Shown here in pieces: positions 29,478 through 39,536 of a stretch of DNA of 64,000 nt (its first letter is position 1; each line of letters begins with the position of its first letter). The position numbers and the translations under genes were made by a program. The DNA is from an uncultured Gammaproteobacteria bacterium (GTDB lineage: Bacteria > Patescibacteriota > Patescibacteriia > Magasanikbacterales > UBA922), in the NCBI GenBank assembly GCA_964418775.1, contig CAYQNA010000002.1, forward strand, positions 22,181 through 86,180. Reading direction: 5' to 3'. The notes under the pieces are model-generated. The model ran no database searches. It saw nothing but the letters and a program-made list of their open reading frames with translations, and was not told the DNA's origin.

Positions 29478-30260
29478 TTATCCATATATTGATTGTACAA
29501 AGTCAAGAGCGGTCAAAATCGTCGGTATATTTGAACCTGCATCGCCTTTTTTCATTTCAACCGAAACCCAACCAGAAAAATTATTTGCGCGCAAAACTTC
29601 GGCCACTGTCCGATGAACTACTTCGTATTGCGCATCTAATGGTGCGAGTAACGGCGCACTCACATGAACATGTTTTATCCACGGCAATGCAAGCGTCGTC
29701 GTTTGCACGGGATCTTCACCATTCATGATCAAAGACCCGACATCTAAGTGAGCAACAAAACCCGGGCTATTAACGAGTTTAGCAAGTGCAACAGCTTCGG
29801 CAGTGGTGTTTACAAAATCGGCTCCATATCCTACTGGATTAGGTTCGAGTGCAATCGCAATCCCCTTTTTCGCAGCATAATAACCTAGGGTGCGAAAAAA
29901 ATCGACCGCAATCCCCTCTGCAACTTCTGGTGGCAATCCATTCGTCAAACGATTTTTAGGAGAGCCAAAAATCGCCACGCTACCGCCTAGAGACTGCAAT
30001 AAATCGACTACTTTACATAGGTGCTCCAGCAGAGCAACCCGCGTCTCCTCGGAACCAAAGAGAACCAAATCAGATCGACCAAACAATAGTGCTTGAGCCG
30101 CGACTACTTGCAAATCATAGTCAGAAATTTTCTGGGCAAATTCCGGACCAACCAGTGACGGGGCCACTTCTAACCCAACAACCCCTCGTTCTTGCAGTAT
30201 TTTCCAGACCACTTCATTTTCGGCTGGTTCCCAGGCAATATTGGAAATTGCAATCTTCAT
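29478..30260 (-). CDS. Sugar phosphate isomerase/epimerase (xylose-isomerase-like TIM barrel)
   Basis: MKIAISNIAWEP...GLEVAP, typical AP-endonuclease-2/xylose-isomerase-like barrel. Confidence 0.65.
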   Translation of the reverse strand: MKIAISNIAWEPAENEVVWKILQERGVVGLEVAPSLVGPEFAQKISDYDLQVVAAQALLFGRSDLVLFGSEETRVALLEHLCKVVDLLQSLGGSVAIFGSPKNRLTNGLPPEVAEGIAVDFFRTLGYYAAKKGIAIALEPNPVGYGADFVNTTAEAVALAKLVNSPGFVAHLDVGSLIMNGEDPVQTTTLALPWIKHVHVSAPLLAPLDAQYEVVHRTVAEVLRANNFSGWVSVEMKKGDAGSNIPTILTALDFVQSIYG

Positions 30261-31024
30261 ATGGACCTAACATCTTTTACAAATTCAGAAATTTCACGCA
30301 AGACTGTAGCCCGATCATACAAATATTCACCACGTCCACCAAATAAGTCTGCATATTGGCTAAGCATATTGTAATGCGCAGAAGGTGCCGTGCTTTTGTT
30401 ATCAAGAGTGATACCAAAACATTCCCGAGCCAAGTCTTTGGTTAAAATTGGTTCGGTCGCCAAGTTAATTGTCGTTAACTCATGTCGCGCCGCAGTCTGA
30501 ATGTCGGACCACAAATGTGTCAAATTATAATATTGGTAGACGCTCTGTTCGTTGATTACGTCAATTTGATTGTTATGCAACAAATCAAAAATTACATTCT
30601 TTTTCAGCCCCGGTCCAAATAAACCTGGCAAACGCACAATTATAGTTCGCGGGAAATGAGTCCGCTCAAACTCCTCAAGTTTAAACCGATGGCGTCCATA
30701 GGCATGATTTTGTTCAGGATCAATAGGCGTATCTTCATTCACACCAAAGGGCTGCGGGTACACATCCACTGTTGAAATCTGAATAAACAGTTTAGCTGTA
30801 CACGTAGATAAGCAGCCAATCAAATTAGACACCATATTCCAATCTTGCTCCGGTTCTTGATTTGCACGCCATTTTACGGCAGAAGGCGCAGCACAAACCA
30901 AAACATCAAAGTTCTGACCACGTAACGTATCACTATTTTGCGAATTAAAATACTGATCAAAGGCAAACTGCCTTGCCAAATTACTGCCAACAAAACCAGT
31001 GTTTCCAATAAGCGCAGAAGACAT
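30257..31024 (-). CDS. NAD(P)-dependent epimerase/reductase-like (short SDR)
   Basis: SALIGNTGFVGSNL Rossmann motif. Track start is GTG at 31093; ATG at 31022-31024. Confidence 0.6.
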   Translation of the reverse strand: MSSALIGNTGFVGSNLARQFAFDQYFNSQNSDTLRGQNFDVLVCAAPSAVKWRANQEPEQDWNMVSNLIGCLSTCTAKLFIQISTVDVYPQPFGVNEDTPIDPEQNHAYGRHRFKLEEFERTHFPRTIIVRLPGLFGPGLKKNVIFDLLHNNQIDVINEQSVYQYYNLTHLWSDIQTAARHELTTINLATEPILTKDLARECFGITLDNKSTAPSAHYNMLSQYADLFGGRGEYLYDRATVLREISEFVKDVRSI

Positions 31025-31025
31025 A

Positions 31026-32363
31026 TTACAAACTAGGGTGCCGTTTGTCGTGCCAAAAATCCATGAGCTTACGGTAAAAACGACGCGGCACACGAGCCAT
31101 ATTCACAATCTTTTCATAAACAGTCAACTGATCAAATTCCTCGTGCAAACGTTTTTGATATTCAGCTTTAAAGGCAGTTATCTCGCTTGGGTTTGGCCAA
31201 ACATGAACCGAAGTATATGCCGCAACAGTCTCTGGGCTCACTTCCACTCCATGAGCCTGTAGTTTAGTAATCATAATTTTTTCGAGCATCCGTGTAATCC
31301 GTTCCGGACTATACACGCTCGTAATTTTAGCCCTTGCCTGTCTGCCTAGTCGCTGCTTTATCTCCGGATTTTGCGCCAAGTACGCCACCGCACGCGCAAA
31401 TGTTTGCGGATAGTTGGCAATTAACCCGGTCTGGTTATGGTCAATTACTTCCAACTGTGCGTTATCGCGAGTAGGCGTGGAATTAACGATGACCGGTTTA
31501 CCAAACAAACCAGCCTCGGCCAAAGTCATACCAAAACCTTCGCCAATTTTTGACGCGTGCACATACACATCTAAGGCTGCATAAAACAAAGCCACCTGGC
31601 GGTCATCGCTCGTCTCATCAAGCATGATAACATGGTCCTTGTACGATGAATTAAGGACCACATTTCGACGCGAAACTGGAATAGCCTGAATAATAAATTT
31701 AACATTTGGCACAATCGTGACCAAATAAGGCATCATGTCGAGTAACAAATCGCTCCACTTGGCAATATGTGGCCGTCCCATTTTACCAATCACAAAATCA
31801 CCTTTCTTAACCCCAATCTTGTCCTTAAAATTGGCAATTTCAGCCTGGGTTAACGGATTGCGCTCAAATGTGGACGCATCAACTGGATAATGCAACACGC
31901 CCATCTTCGTAAAATCCTCGTGTCCAGCTTCTTTTACATAGCGCTCGTTAAACATCATCTGACTAACTTGCAAACTACAGTCAATCAAGGGAAATGCCTG
32001 CGGGTCAAACCGACCAAAAACATTGGTCTCGATAATCACAATTTCTGGACTAGCCTTTTTAATAGCTTGCAGCAACTCGAACTGAAACTGGTTATACTGC
32101 CCAGAACGGTGAATGTGAACTACTTGAATTTTTTCTTTACACACCAAATCCGCCACCACAGACGCATTATTATGCGCCACCACATATGGCACTTCCATTT
32201 CACGAAGCTCTTTCTCCCGCGGACCACCTTCGCTAAACGCAGCAGCATGCACAGTAAAAAAACGCCGGTCCAAATTACGACAAAAGTTGATTACTGTCCG
32301 CTGTGTACCTGCATACCCAAACGAATCTACCAATTCCAAGACTTTAATTTTTATATTTGTCAT
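31026..32363 (-). CDS. Glycosyltransferase family 4
   Basis: GEGFGMTLAEAGLFGKPVIVNSTP. Track start is TTG at 32378; ATG (MTNIKIK) at 32361-32363. Confidence 0.75.
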   Translation of the reverse strand: MTNIKIKVLELVDSFGYAGTQRTVINFCRNLDRRFFTVHAAAFSEGGPREKELREMEVPYVVAHNNASVVADLVCKEKIQVVHIHRSGQYNQFQFELLQAIKKASPEIVIIETNVFGRFDPQAFPLIDCSLQVSQMMFNERYVKEAGHEDFTKMGVLHYPVDASTFERNPLTQAEIANFKDKIGVKKGDFVIGKMGRPHIAKWSDLLLDMMPYLVTIVPNVKFIIQAIPVSRRNVVLNSSYKDHVIMLDETSDDRQVALFYAALDVYVHASKIGEGFGMTLAEAGLFGKPVIVNSTPTRDNAQLEVIDHNQTGLIANYPQTFARAVAYLAQNPEIKQRLGRQARAKITSVYSPERITRMLEKIMITKLQAHGVEVSPETVAAYTSVHVWPNPSEITAFKAEYQKRLHEEFDQLTVYEKIVNMARVPRRFYRKLMDFWHDKRHPSL

Positions 32364-32364
32364 A

Positions 32365-33156
32365 CTATGATAAACCAAATAATTTTCGCCACCCCAATGT
32401 CACAAAATTAACCAATGAACCCCAAGCCGTAACTTTATTTTTTTGTTTAAATTCAGATGTAAATACCTCCGGTACGGGTTCGGCAATTGCGCGTCCAATC
32501 CAGAAATACGTTAGCCGCTGCTTGCGGCGTCGCGACCCGCCCGAGCTATAATCATCCTGATCCTGACTAGACCGTTTAAGGTGACTTACATGCCAATACC
32601 GCGCTTGCATAAAATGCGTACCACTACCTAGTATTGATACCCCATCACCAAACACCAAGGCATCCTGATTATACTCACCCAGCCACCGAACTCCATTGTG
32701 TTTTCTAATCACCCGCGGCGAGAAAAAGCCCCTACGACCCAAAATTGTGAAATCACCCGTTCTATAATACTGGTGGAAAATATCACCAACACACAGGTAA
32801 AAAGGCACAACCAAACAAGTCGCCGATTCCTGAGTAATACACTCCTTCATCTCGGTCAACCCACGTTCAGTCCAGATCTCATCCCCATCTAGAATCATAA
32901 ACCAGTCCGTGGTGGTTGCGGCAATCATTGTTTGGCGCAAGACAGTGTGCTGCTCTTTATTACACGGACCTTTTTGTTCAAAATGTATCTTTTCCGGATA
33001 TTTTTTAACAAGTTTTTCAATGATCTCAACTGTTGCATCAGTTGAACCAGTGTCATACACCAAAACTTTGTCCACAGCATTGATAACCGAAGCAATTGCA
33101 AAACCAACAAAATTTTCTTCGTTTTTAACAATACAATGGGCAGTTATTGTTGGCAT
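32365..33156 (-). CDS. Glycosyltransferase family 2
   Basis: TAHCIVKNEENF...VLVYDTGSTDAT...ILDGDEIW. Confidence 0.75.
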   Translation of the reverse strand: MPTITAHCIVKNEENFVGFAIASVINAVDKVLVYDTGSTDATVEIIEKLVKKYPEKIHFEQKGPCNKEQHTVLRQTMIAATTTDWFMILDGDEIWTERGLTEMKECITQESATCLVVPFYLCVGDIFHQYYRTGDFTILGRRGFFSPRVIRKHNGVRWLGEYNQDALVFGDGVSILGSGTHFMQARYWHVSHLKRSSQDQDDYSSGGSRRRKQRLTYFWIGRAIAEPVPEVFTSEFKQKNKVTAWGSLVNFVTLGWRKLFGLS

Positions 33157-33157
33157 A

Positions 33158-34459
33158 CTACAACTTTGGAATCTCTTTTTTCTTAAGTAAATACATAGCC
33201 GAGCCTGCGTTATACAATTGCGAAACTACGATACCAATACAAAACACCAAGCCAGCGCCGATTAGGCCAAACCGTGGTATTAGCGCATAACATAGAACAA
33301 TGTTCAAAACCAACTGGATTGCACCAGAAAACGCCACGAGTTCAGTGCGATTATACACAGTGATAATTAATGAAACAGGAATTGTTACAAATGTCATTAA
33401 CATGCTATAGCTAAGCAGCAAATACAGGGGCATGGCAGCTTGATACGCACCGCCAAAAAACCAACTTACCAAAAATTGAGTGGGGTAAATCAACACTGCC
33501 AGGGCTATTGCACTTGGCACAATGTAACGCCAAATGCGACGGACAAATTGCGTAACTTCAGTTCGATTTGTTAACGCATTCATCTTTGGCAGTAAAACCG
33601 AGGTCATGGCTTGTATTCCCAATGAGTACACAAACACAAATTGAAAAGCCGCTGCGTACAGAGCCACCTCTTTTAGGCCCAAAAAACGGCTAATTAAGCT
33701 TTGGTCAACTCGGGCCGAAATAATTGCACACAAGGACCAGATCGTTAGCCAAAAACTAAACCTGGCCAAATTCTGGTTAATTTCCCGCTTAACCTGGGGC
33801 TCAGTTTTAACTTGCCAAAAGTGAGCTGGTAAAAATTGGTACGTGACCAAAAGTAACACCCACGGCACGCCAATGTACACGGTTAGAATCGCGATTAAGT
33901 CAGTAACCCCAAACCACAGCAACACCCCAACCACCACGACCCGCAGTACACCTTTTAATGCCTGAACTACAGACGTATGCACAAAGCGCTGTGTGGCCTG
34001 TAAATACGTTGTTACAAAACCAAGTAACACAACCCCGCCAATCCCCCAGAACGAAAACCTCACATAATCAACAATCCCAGGTTGATTGAAAATTACTAGT
34101 GCTATTAACGGAGACAGTGCCAGACCACCAAACGTCAAAACAACCGAAAACCACACACGCCACAACCACACTGTTTTAACCAGTTGTTTGAGTTTTGAAT
34201 CCTGTTGTAAGCGCGCATAGTACGGCACAAAACGGAGCAAACCGCTATTAAGTCCAAAATCAGAGAGTTCAGATACAGTACCCAACACCAAGACTGATAA
34301 TGAAAAAGCACCGAAGGCTTCTGGAGGCAAATTCCGAGCTAAAACTAAATTCAGCAAAAACAATGACAGACCATTTAAAAATGAACCAACATACACAAAC
34401 CCAAACTCATGTAGAGTTTTTTTACGCACAATCATCATTAAACGATTAAACCAAGTCAT
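33158..34459 (-). CDS. Polysaccharide biosynthesis protein / oligosaccharide flippase (Wzx-like, MOP superfamily)
   Basis: 433 aa, about 12 TM helices, Polysacc_synt-like architecture. Confidence 0.65.
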   Translation of the reverse strand: MTWFNRLMMIVRKKTLHEFGFVYVGSFLNGLSLFLLNLVLARNLPPEAFGAFSLSVLVLGTVSELSDFGLNSGLLRFVPYYARLQQDSKLKQLVKTVWLWRVWFSVVLTFGGLALSPLIALVIFNQPGIVDYVRFSFWGIGGVVLLGFVTTYLQATQRFVHTSVVQALKGVLRVVVVGVLLWFGVTDLIAILTVYIGVPWVLLLVTYQFLPAHFWQVKTEPQVKREINQNLARFSFWLTIWSLCAIISARVDQSLISRFLGLKEVALYAAAFQFVFVYSLGIQAMTSVLLPKMNALTNRTEVTQFVRRIWRYIVPSAIALAVLIYPTQFLVSWFFGGAYQAAMPLYLLLSYSMLMTFVTIPVSLIITVYNRTELVAFSGAIQLVLNIVLCYALIPRFGLIGAGLVFCIGIVVSQLYNAGSAMYLLKKKEIPKL

Positions 34460-35927
34460 ATTTTTTTTGACGCCATTGCCACACCCAATACAAAGGGGGG
34501 ACGATAATACCCAATGTTACAAAATAGGCCATTGGCAAAATATCTACTCCTCCCCCATTCCATTGCTGAGGTACATAAAAAAGCAGTCCCGCAAAACTCA
34601 AAGCTCCAAGCAATGTCCGATTAAGCGAGACTGGTTTGCACATTGTCAAAATTAAACCAAACGGGATAAGCCACGCAAAGTACCAAGGCCAGAATGATTT
34701 TTGCCAAACCAGTAAATAGACGAGCAATGTCACATATACTGCTTGGATATAATCAAGCAATTGCCACTGTTGTTTTTGATGCACCAATTGCCAGGCCGCG
34801 CGCAAGTAGGGATAGAGCAAATATAAAGCCAAAACCAACAACCCGCCCTGGACCACACTAGTTACAAGCAAATGAGCTTTGCCACCGAGCCAGGGCTGCA
34901 CAATTGGAAAAACCGTGTAATACACAGTGGAAAACAAACTCGAAACTGCCCATTTGGACTGACGCACCAACCCCGCAAACACACCTGGGCCGGCCCATAG
35001 CCCAAACCACGACACCCAAGTTACTACGCTAGTAATAACAATGGCCCGTATTGCTTGTCCAGCTCCACGCTGCCAATGGCTGCGAGTGACCCCACTCCAC
35101 CACCACAAAGCAAACCAGGGAACCAATAAAATCGGAATAAACTTAAGCCAAACCCCCATTGCCAAAAACGCCGCTACCAGTCCCCAACGCTTTTTTTGAG
35201 CCGCCGCAAACGCCCCCACAATTGTCAGCACCCACAAACCATCAAAGTGCCCATTACCAATCCATTCCCACAGCACGAGTGGCTGGGCCAACCAAAATAA
35301 ACTCATCTTTTGTGGCGATGATTGCACACTCAGTGAACGCGCCAATGCCCACACCGCCACGGTCACTGCTGCCCACACGACCAACATTAAAATTTTCCAA
35401 TACACAATAAACAACAGCAGTTGCCCATTGGACCAATTATAAAAATTTGCAAACAAACGTACCATGAGTGGGCCATACATAACCCCTTGTTCAGTCGAAA
35501 TCTGAGCTGGCTCAACCAGTGGAATCGTTCTAAGCCAAGGCTCAGCATATGGATTTTGTCCTACAGCCACACTCCGCCCCACACTAAAATAGAACTGCAC
35601 ATCCCCCGATGTAAATGGAGCTACCAAAAAACTTCCAGCCAACGCAATCACTAAACAAAGCCCAATTATCCACCGTGGCCGCACCTCGCTTTCTGATTTA
35701 GACCAAGTACGCCATAAGCCATAACCACCAATCGCCAGTAAACTCATAATTATGCCCACCACCAACGCTTGCCACACATGCGGCACCTGGGCACAGCCAG
35801 GCCAGTTGTTCAAAAATAAGCACTGATTATCGCGAATCGATCTCCACTGCACCAGAGTAATTATGGCAGCAAAAAGCCATGCCAACACAGTCGCACCCAA
35901 AGCTATCGTTGTGCGCCAGTGTTTCAT
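34446..35927 (-). CDS. Multi-pass membrane protein, putative GT-C-like glycosyltransferase (DUF2029/GT87-like)
   Basis: 493 aa, many TM helices, Trp-rich loops. Confidence 0.4.
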   Translation of the reverse strand: MKHWRTTIALGATVLAWLFAAIITLVQWRSIRDNQCLFLNNWPGCAQVPHVWQALVVGIIMSLLAIGGYGLWRTWSKSESEVRPRWIIGLCLVIALAGSFLVAPFTSGDVQFYFSVGRSVAVGQNPYAEPWLRTIPLVEPAQISTEQGVMYGPLMVRLFANFYNWSNGQLLLFIVYWKILMLVVWAAVTVAVWALARSLSVQSSPQKMSLFWLAQPLVLWEWIGNGHFDGLWVLTIVGAFAAAQKKRWGLVAAFLAMGVWLKFIPILLVPWFALWWWSGVTRSHWQRGAGQAIRAIVITSVVTWVSWFGLWAGPGVFAGLVRQSKWAVSSLFSTVYYTVFPIVQPWLGGKAHLLVTSVVQGGLLVLALYLLYPYLRAAWQLVHQKQQWQLLDYIQAVYVTLLVYLLVWQKSFWPWYFAWLIPFGLILTMCKPVSLNRTLLGALSFAGLLFYVPQQWNGGGVDILPMAYFVTLGIIVPPLYWVWQWRQKKYDLV

Positions 35928-35928
35928 A

Positions 35929-36654
35929 TTATTTTTTAGCCACCACTAACAGTGACAACCCCCAAGGCAAATGTCCCAAAAATCTAAAAGTTCCCACCTC
36001 CACCGCATACCAAACCCCCATCACACTATTCACGAATGGATTAGACTGAGCCACGTCTGAAACCGTATCTCGCAAACCCAACGTTTTCTTTACTAATCGT
36101 ATAAACAGTGCTGGAAGAAAAATCGCAGTGTGGATCCATGTCATGCGTTCAATTTGGAACTCTGGACTAATCAAGTCTTGCAATGTTTGTTTGTTGTAAC
36201 GACGCTTGTGGTGCAAGGCCACGTCATGATATGAAAATAAAAATTGGTGGGCCGGTACTGTGGCCACCAAAAGTCCACCTGGTTTTAGGACGCGTTTAAT
36301 CTCACGAACAGCCGCACCGGCATCATCTAAATGTTCAAGGACATCCAAAGCAAAAACCACATCAAACAAAGCGTCTGCAGATTGCATGGCGTCGGCCAAA
36401 CCATACGATACACGCAATCCTTTTTGTCGACAGTACTGCAAAGCGGTTTGGCTCATGTCTACGCCATGTACATCATACCCCTTTGTTTGCAAAAAACGCA
36501 TCACCGCACCCGTCCCACACCCAACATCGAGCACACGTAACTTACCAACCGGTGCGTACTTAGCCAACACCACGCTCAAAAATTGGCGCTTAGCCTTAAA
36601 CCACCAATGGTCTGTTTCAAGTACATCCATTTTACGATATTCCTGCTCTTCCAT
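35929..36654 (-). CDS. Class I SAM-dependent methyltransferase
   Basis: VLDVGCGTGAVMRFL...VFALDVLEHLDD. Track start is GTG at 36690; ATG (MEEQEY) at 36652-36654. Confidence 0.7.
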   Translation of the reverse strand: MEEQEYRKMDVLETDHWWFKAKRQFLSVVLAKYAPVGKLRVLDVGCGTGAVMRFLQTKGYDVHGVDMSQTALQYCRQKGLRVSYGLADAMQSADALFDVVFALDVLEHLDDAGAAVREIKRVLKPGGLLVATVPAHQFLFSYHDVALHHKRRYNKQTLQDLISPEFQIERMTWIHTAIFLPALFIRLVKKTLGLRDTVSDVAQSNPFVNSVMGVWYAVEVGTFRFLGHLPWGLSLLVVAKK

Positions 36655-36659
36655 ACAAT

Positions 36660-37382
36660 TTATCGATAATGGCCCCGATGTCGATGCCACGACATTGTAG
36701 CTAACTCACCCAAAGTTTGTATCACTGCTTTTCCAACCCGCACCCGCGAATCCTGGTCATGCGACCACTCTACCGGAATTTCCCGAATTGCTAATTTTTG
36801 TAAACGCGCAATATACAATAGCTCAGTGTCAAATCCCCAACGATCTAAACGGGCGCGTGAAAAAATTGTCTGCACTGCTGTCCGTGAAAAACATTTAAAA
36901 CCACACGTAAAATCGGTTACACCTGGCACCCACAAATTGGAAATTCGAGTAAACGCTTGACCAAGCAGGCTGCGCATCCATGATTCTGGTCGCTTTACTT
37001 GTGACTGCCCCAAGCGTCGACTTCCAATTACCACAGCATCGTTTGGCGACAGGGTATCTTTTAACTCGCTAAATGTCTTAAGCGGTGTAGCCAAATCAAC
37101 ATCAAAAAATAATACCCACTCCCCTGTTGCAGCCAAAGCACCCGTGCGCACCGCATAACCCTTGCCACGGTTTTGGGCATAACTTAGCACACGACACCCG
37201 TATTTTTTTTCATAATCACCCAAAAGGGCCGCTGTACCATCGGTTGAGCCATCGTTAACTAAAATTAACTCCACTGGAACATCAACACTACTAAAAAAAT
37301 TAGTAATCTGCCCAATATTTTTTGGCAAACGCTTTTCTTCATTGTACACAGGAATGACCACGGAAAACACGGGTTCAGCCAT
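36660..37382 (-). CDS. GT2 polyprenol-phosphate glycosyltransferase (dolichyl-phosphate glucosyltransferase-like)
   Basis: FSVVIPVYNEEKRL...LVNDGSTDGT...FDVDLATP. Confidence 0.75.
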   Translation of the reverse strand: MAEPVFSVVIPVYNEEKRLPKNIGQITNFFSSVDVPVELILVNDGSTDGTAALLGDYEKKYGCRVLSYAQNRGKGYAVRTGALAATGEWVLFFDVDLATPLKTFSELKDTLSPNDAVVIGSRRLGQSQVKRPESWMRSLLGQAFTRISNLWVPGVTDFTCGFKCFSRTAVQTIFSRARLDRWGFDTELLYIARLQKLAIREIPVEWSHDQDSRVRVGKAVIQTLGELATMSWHRHRGHYR

Positions 37383-37387
37383 ACATT

Positions 37388-39397
37388 CTATTTGGTTCCA
37401 TTAATGATTGCTCTAACCTGCTCGCCTTCTACACCAAAGGTTATGCCGCTTTTATCAGCGTCTGCATAGAGAGCTTTAGCCTTAGCTGTGTCCCCGTTTT
37501 CGTGATAGGCCAACGCCAAACGCCACCAAGCAGCCTCGATTGTTTTATCTGCTTCCCATGCCTGCGTTAAAATTGCGACCGACTTGTCACGCTGACCAGT
37601 TTGGGAATAAATTGCCGCTAATAAAAACTGAACCTGCTGACGACGTGGCGACTTAGTGAGCGCATCTTCCAAAGCCTCTTGTGCTTCGAGCAGATAGCTA
37701 GGCTTATTTTCCAACTGCGAACCAACTAATGCTAACTGGGCAATATTTAGCTGATTGCGGATATCATACGGATGCATTAGACGATTCTGTTTTAGCCCTT
37801 CATACGCGGGCTTAAACAGTGTAAGCGCGATATCTTGACGTTTAGCCTGCTTATACTGTGGAATCAGCTGGTCAACAACACGCGCAAAATCAGCGCGTAT
37901 GTCGTCCACATGTGGTGATTTCGAAAGCAGGGCCTGATTATAATAATCCAAAGCCAATACTGGATTTGAATATAACGATTGCAGAGCCTTGAGCGTAAGC
38001 TTATTTCCGTTTGCCACACGTATATTAGTAGTATAGATCACAAGCGCGGCCACTATACCCGCCGTCACCAATAATCCCGTACCAACCTGTTTATCAGACC
38101 CCAGCTTAACGGTCTGCGGTTGCATAGCCAGCTGATTCAACATGGCCAATGTGAAAAATAGATATAACATTGAGGTTGGGTTTTCAAACACAAATGTTGC
38201 CTGCACCAAATGTGCGGTCAAAAATCCCAACCCAAACACTAGCACTGGCAAGTCAATCCGCTTAGCTCGATAGGCGCCAATCAACATCCAACCAGCTGCC
38301 CCAAAAATCCCCAAAAATGCAACCACACCAATTGCACCCTGCGTAGCCAACGTATTCATGATAATATTGTGTGCGTTATCAAACCACGTTTCACCCCAAC
38401 CATAGCGTAAAAATTCCGGACGGTAATACTCGTTAAACGCGTAAAAGAAATTATTTACACCCCAACCAAACACTGGCTTTTCTTGCCATGCCTCAATTGC
38501 AATCTGCCACGACATAATACGGGTACCAGCCGTTGCACTGCTGACACTGGTATTTACCAGCACACCTACCGCAGGAATGTTGCGAACAAATGAGGTGGTG
38601 CGGAAGGCATAGAGTAGCGCCACCACTGCAACCCCAGCTATAGCGGCCCCACCTACCCATTTACGAATTTGCGAACCACGTGACGAAGTCACCACCAATG
38701 TAATTGCTGACACAATCAAACCAGCAGCCAACCCCACTAATGTGCCGCGCGTACCACTGAACAGCAAACCAGCTACCCCAAACAGTCCAGTCGTAATCGC
38801 ATACATCCGCCAGGCACGTTCACGTTCACGCCATCCAGCAAAAACAGACAAGAAAATTAAAAACAAACCATACCCACCCAGGTAAATCGAATTCCCAAGC
38901 GTACCAGCCACACGTTGCGAGCCATTATTCAACAGTAATGTTGGATTGATTTTTTGTCCCACCCCCACCACCATCACTACTGTAGCCGCGGCCATAAAAC
39001 AACGAAGTAACCATTCCCACTTTGCCTTATCAAACCCAACGTGAGTAAGCACGAAATAAAATGCAATATAGTGAGTCAACGTAAAGACACCCAGCATACG
39101 CTCGTGGCCATCCCAAAAACTGCGATACCAATCCACACTTGTAAATGTGGACAGTAGTAAGCTGACCAGATATACGAGCACCGCAATGGTAATCGGAGTC
39201 AAACGAACTTTATAACGTTGGTAATTGAGCCCCAACAGTAGCCCATAAGTCGCCAACATTAAAACAGCAATAGTTCTAAACCATAAAACTTTTGGGACAA
39301 CAAAAGGGAAAATGTAGGTCTGGTATGACACTATCCAGGGCACCAAAAACGTCACAATCGCGGCCCCAAACACACTTTTCTCCAAAAAATTACGCAT
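37388..39397 (-). CDS. O-antigen ligase (Wzy_C) domain membrane protein with C-terminal TPR repeats; candidate O-oligosaccharyltransferase
   Basis: Multi-TM with Wzy_C-like loop, C-terminal TPR (ALAYHENGDTAKAKALY). Track ORF begins at a TTG (39475); first in-frame ATG at 39395-39397. Confidence 0.65.
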   Translation of the reverse strand: MRNFLEKSVFGAAIVTFLVPWIVSYQTYIFPFVVPKVLWFRTIAVLMLATYGLLLGLNYQRYKVRLTPITIAVLVYLVSLLLSTFTSVDWYRSFWDGHERMLGVFTLTHYIAFYFVLTHVGFDKAKWEWLLRCFMAAATVVMVVGVGQKINPTLLLNNGSQRVAGTLGNSIYLGGYGLFLIFLSVFAGWRERERAWRMYAITTGLFGVAGLLFSGTRGTLVGLAAGLIVSAITLVVTSSRGSQIRKWVGGAAIAGVAVVALLYAFRTTSFVRNIPAVGVLVNTSVSSATAGTRIMSWQIAIEAWQEKPVFGWGVNNFFYAFNEYYRPEFLRYGWGETWFDNAHNIIMNTLATQGAIGVVAFLGIFGAAGWMLIGAYRAKRIDLPVLVFGLGFLTAHLVQATFVFENPTSMLYLFFTLAMLNQLAMQPQTVKLGSDKQVGTGLLVTAGIVAALVIYTTNIRVANGNKLTLKALQSLYSNPVLALDYYNQALLSKSPHVDDIRADFARVVDQLIPQYKQAKRQDIALTLFKPAYEGLKQNRLMHPYDIRNQLNIAQLALVGSQLENKPSYLLEAQEALEDALTKSPRRQQVQFLLAAIYSQTGQRDKSVAILTQAWEADKTIEAAWWRLALAYHENGDTAKAKALYADADKSGITFGVEGEQVRAIINGTK

Positions 39398-39430
39398 AAA
39401 TACGGCAAAATAAAACCCCTTATAGCCAGT

Positions 39431-39459
39431 ATAATACCCGATTTTAAGGAGGTGTACAA
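39431..39459 (-). promoter_or_regulatory. Candidate sigma70 promoter (TTGTAC-17-TATTAT) for the glycosylation operon, just downstream of the S-layer terminator
   Basis: Minus-strand reading cTTGTACacctccttaaaatcgggTATTATact. Confidence 0.4.
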
Positions 39460-39463
39460 GTCC

Positions 39464-39500
39464 GATAAAAACCAAAAACCCCCCGAATACTCGGGGGGTT
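39464..39500 (-). terminator. Rho-independent terminator of the surface-protein gene
   Basis: Minus strand: CCCCCCGA-GUAU-UCGGGGGG followed by UUUUUGGUUUUU. Confidence 0.7.
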
Positions 39501-39536
39501 AGAGGTTCTACCGTGTTGCGGTATTTGCCTAGACCA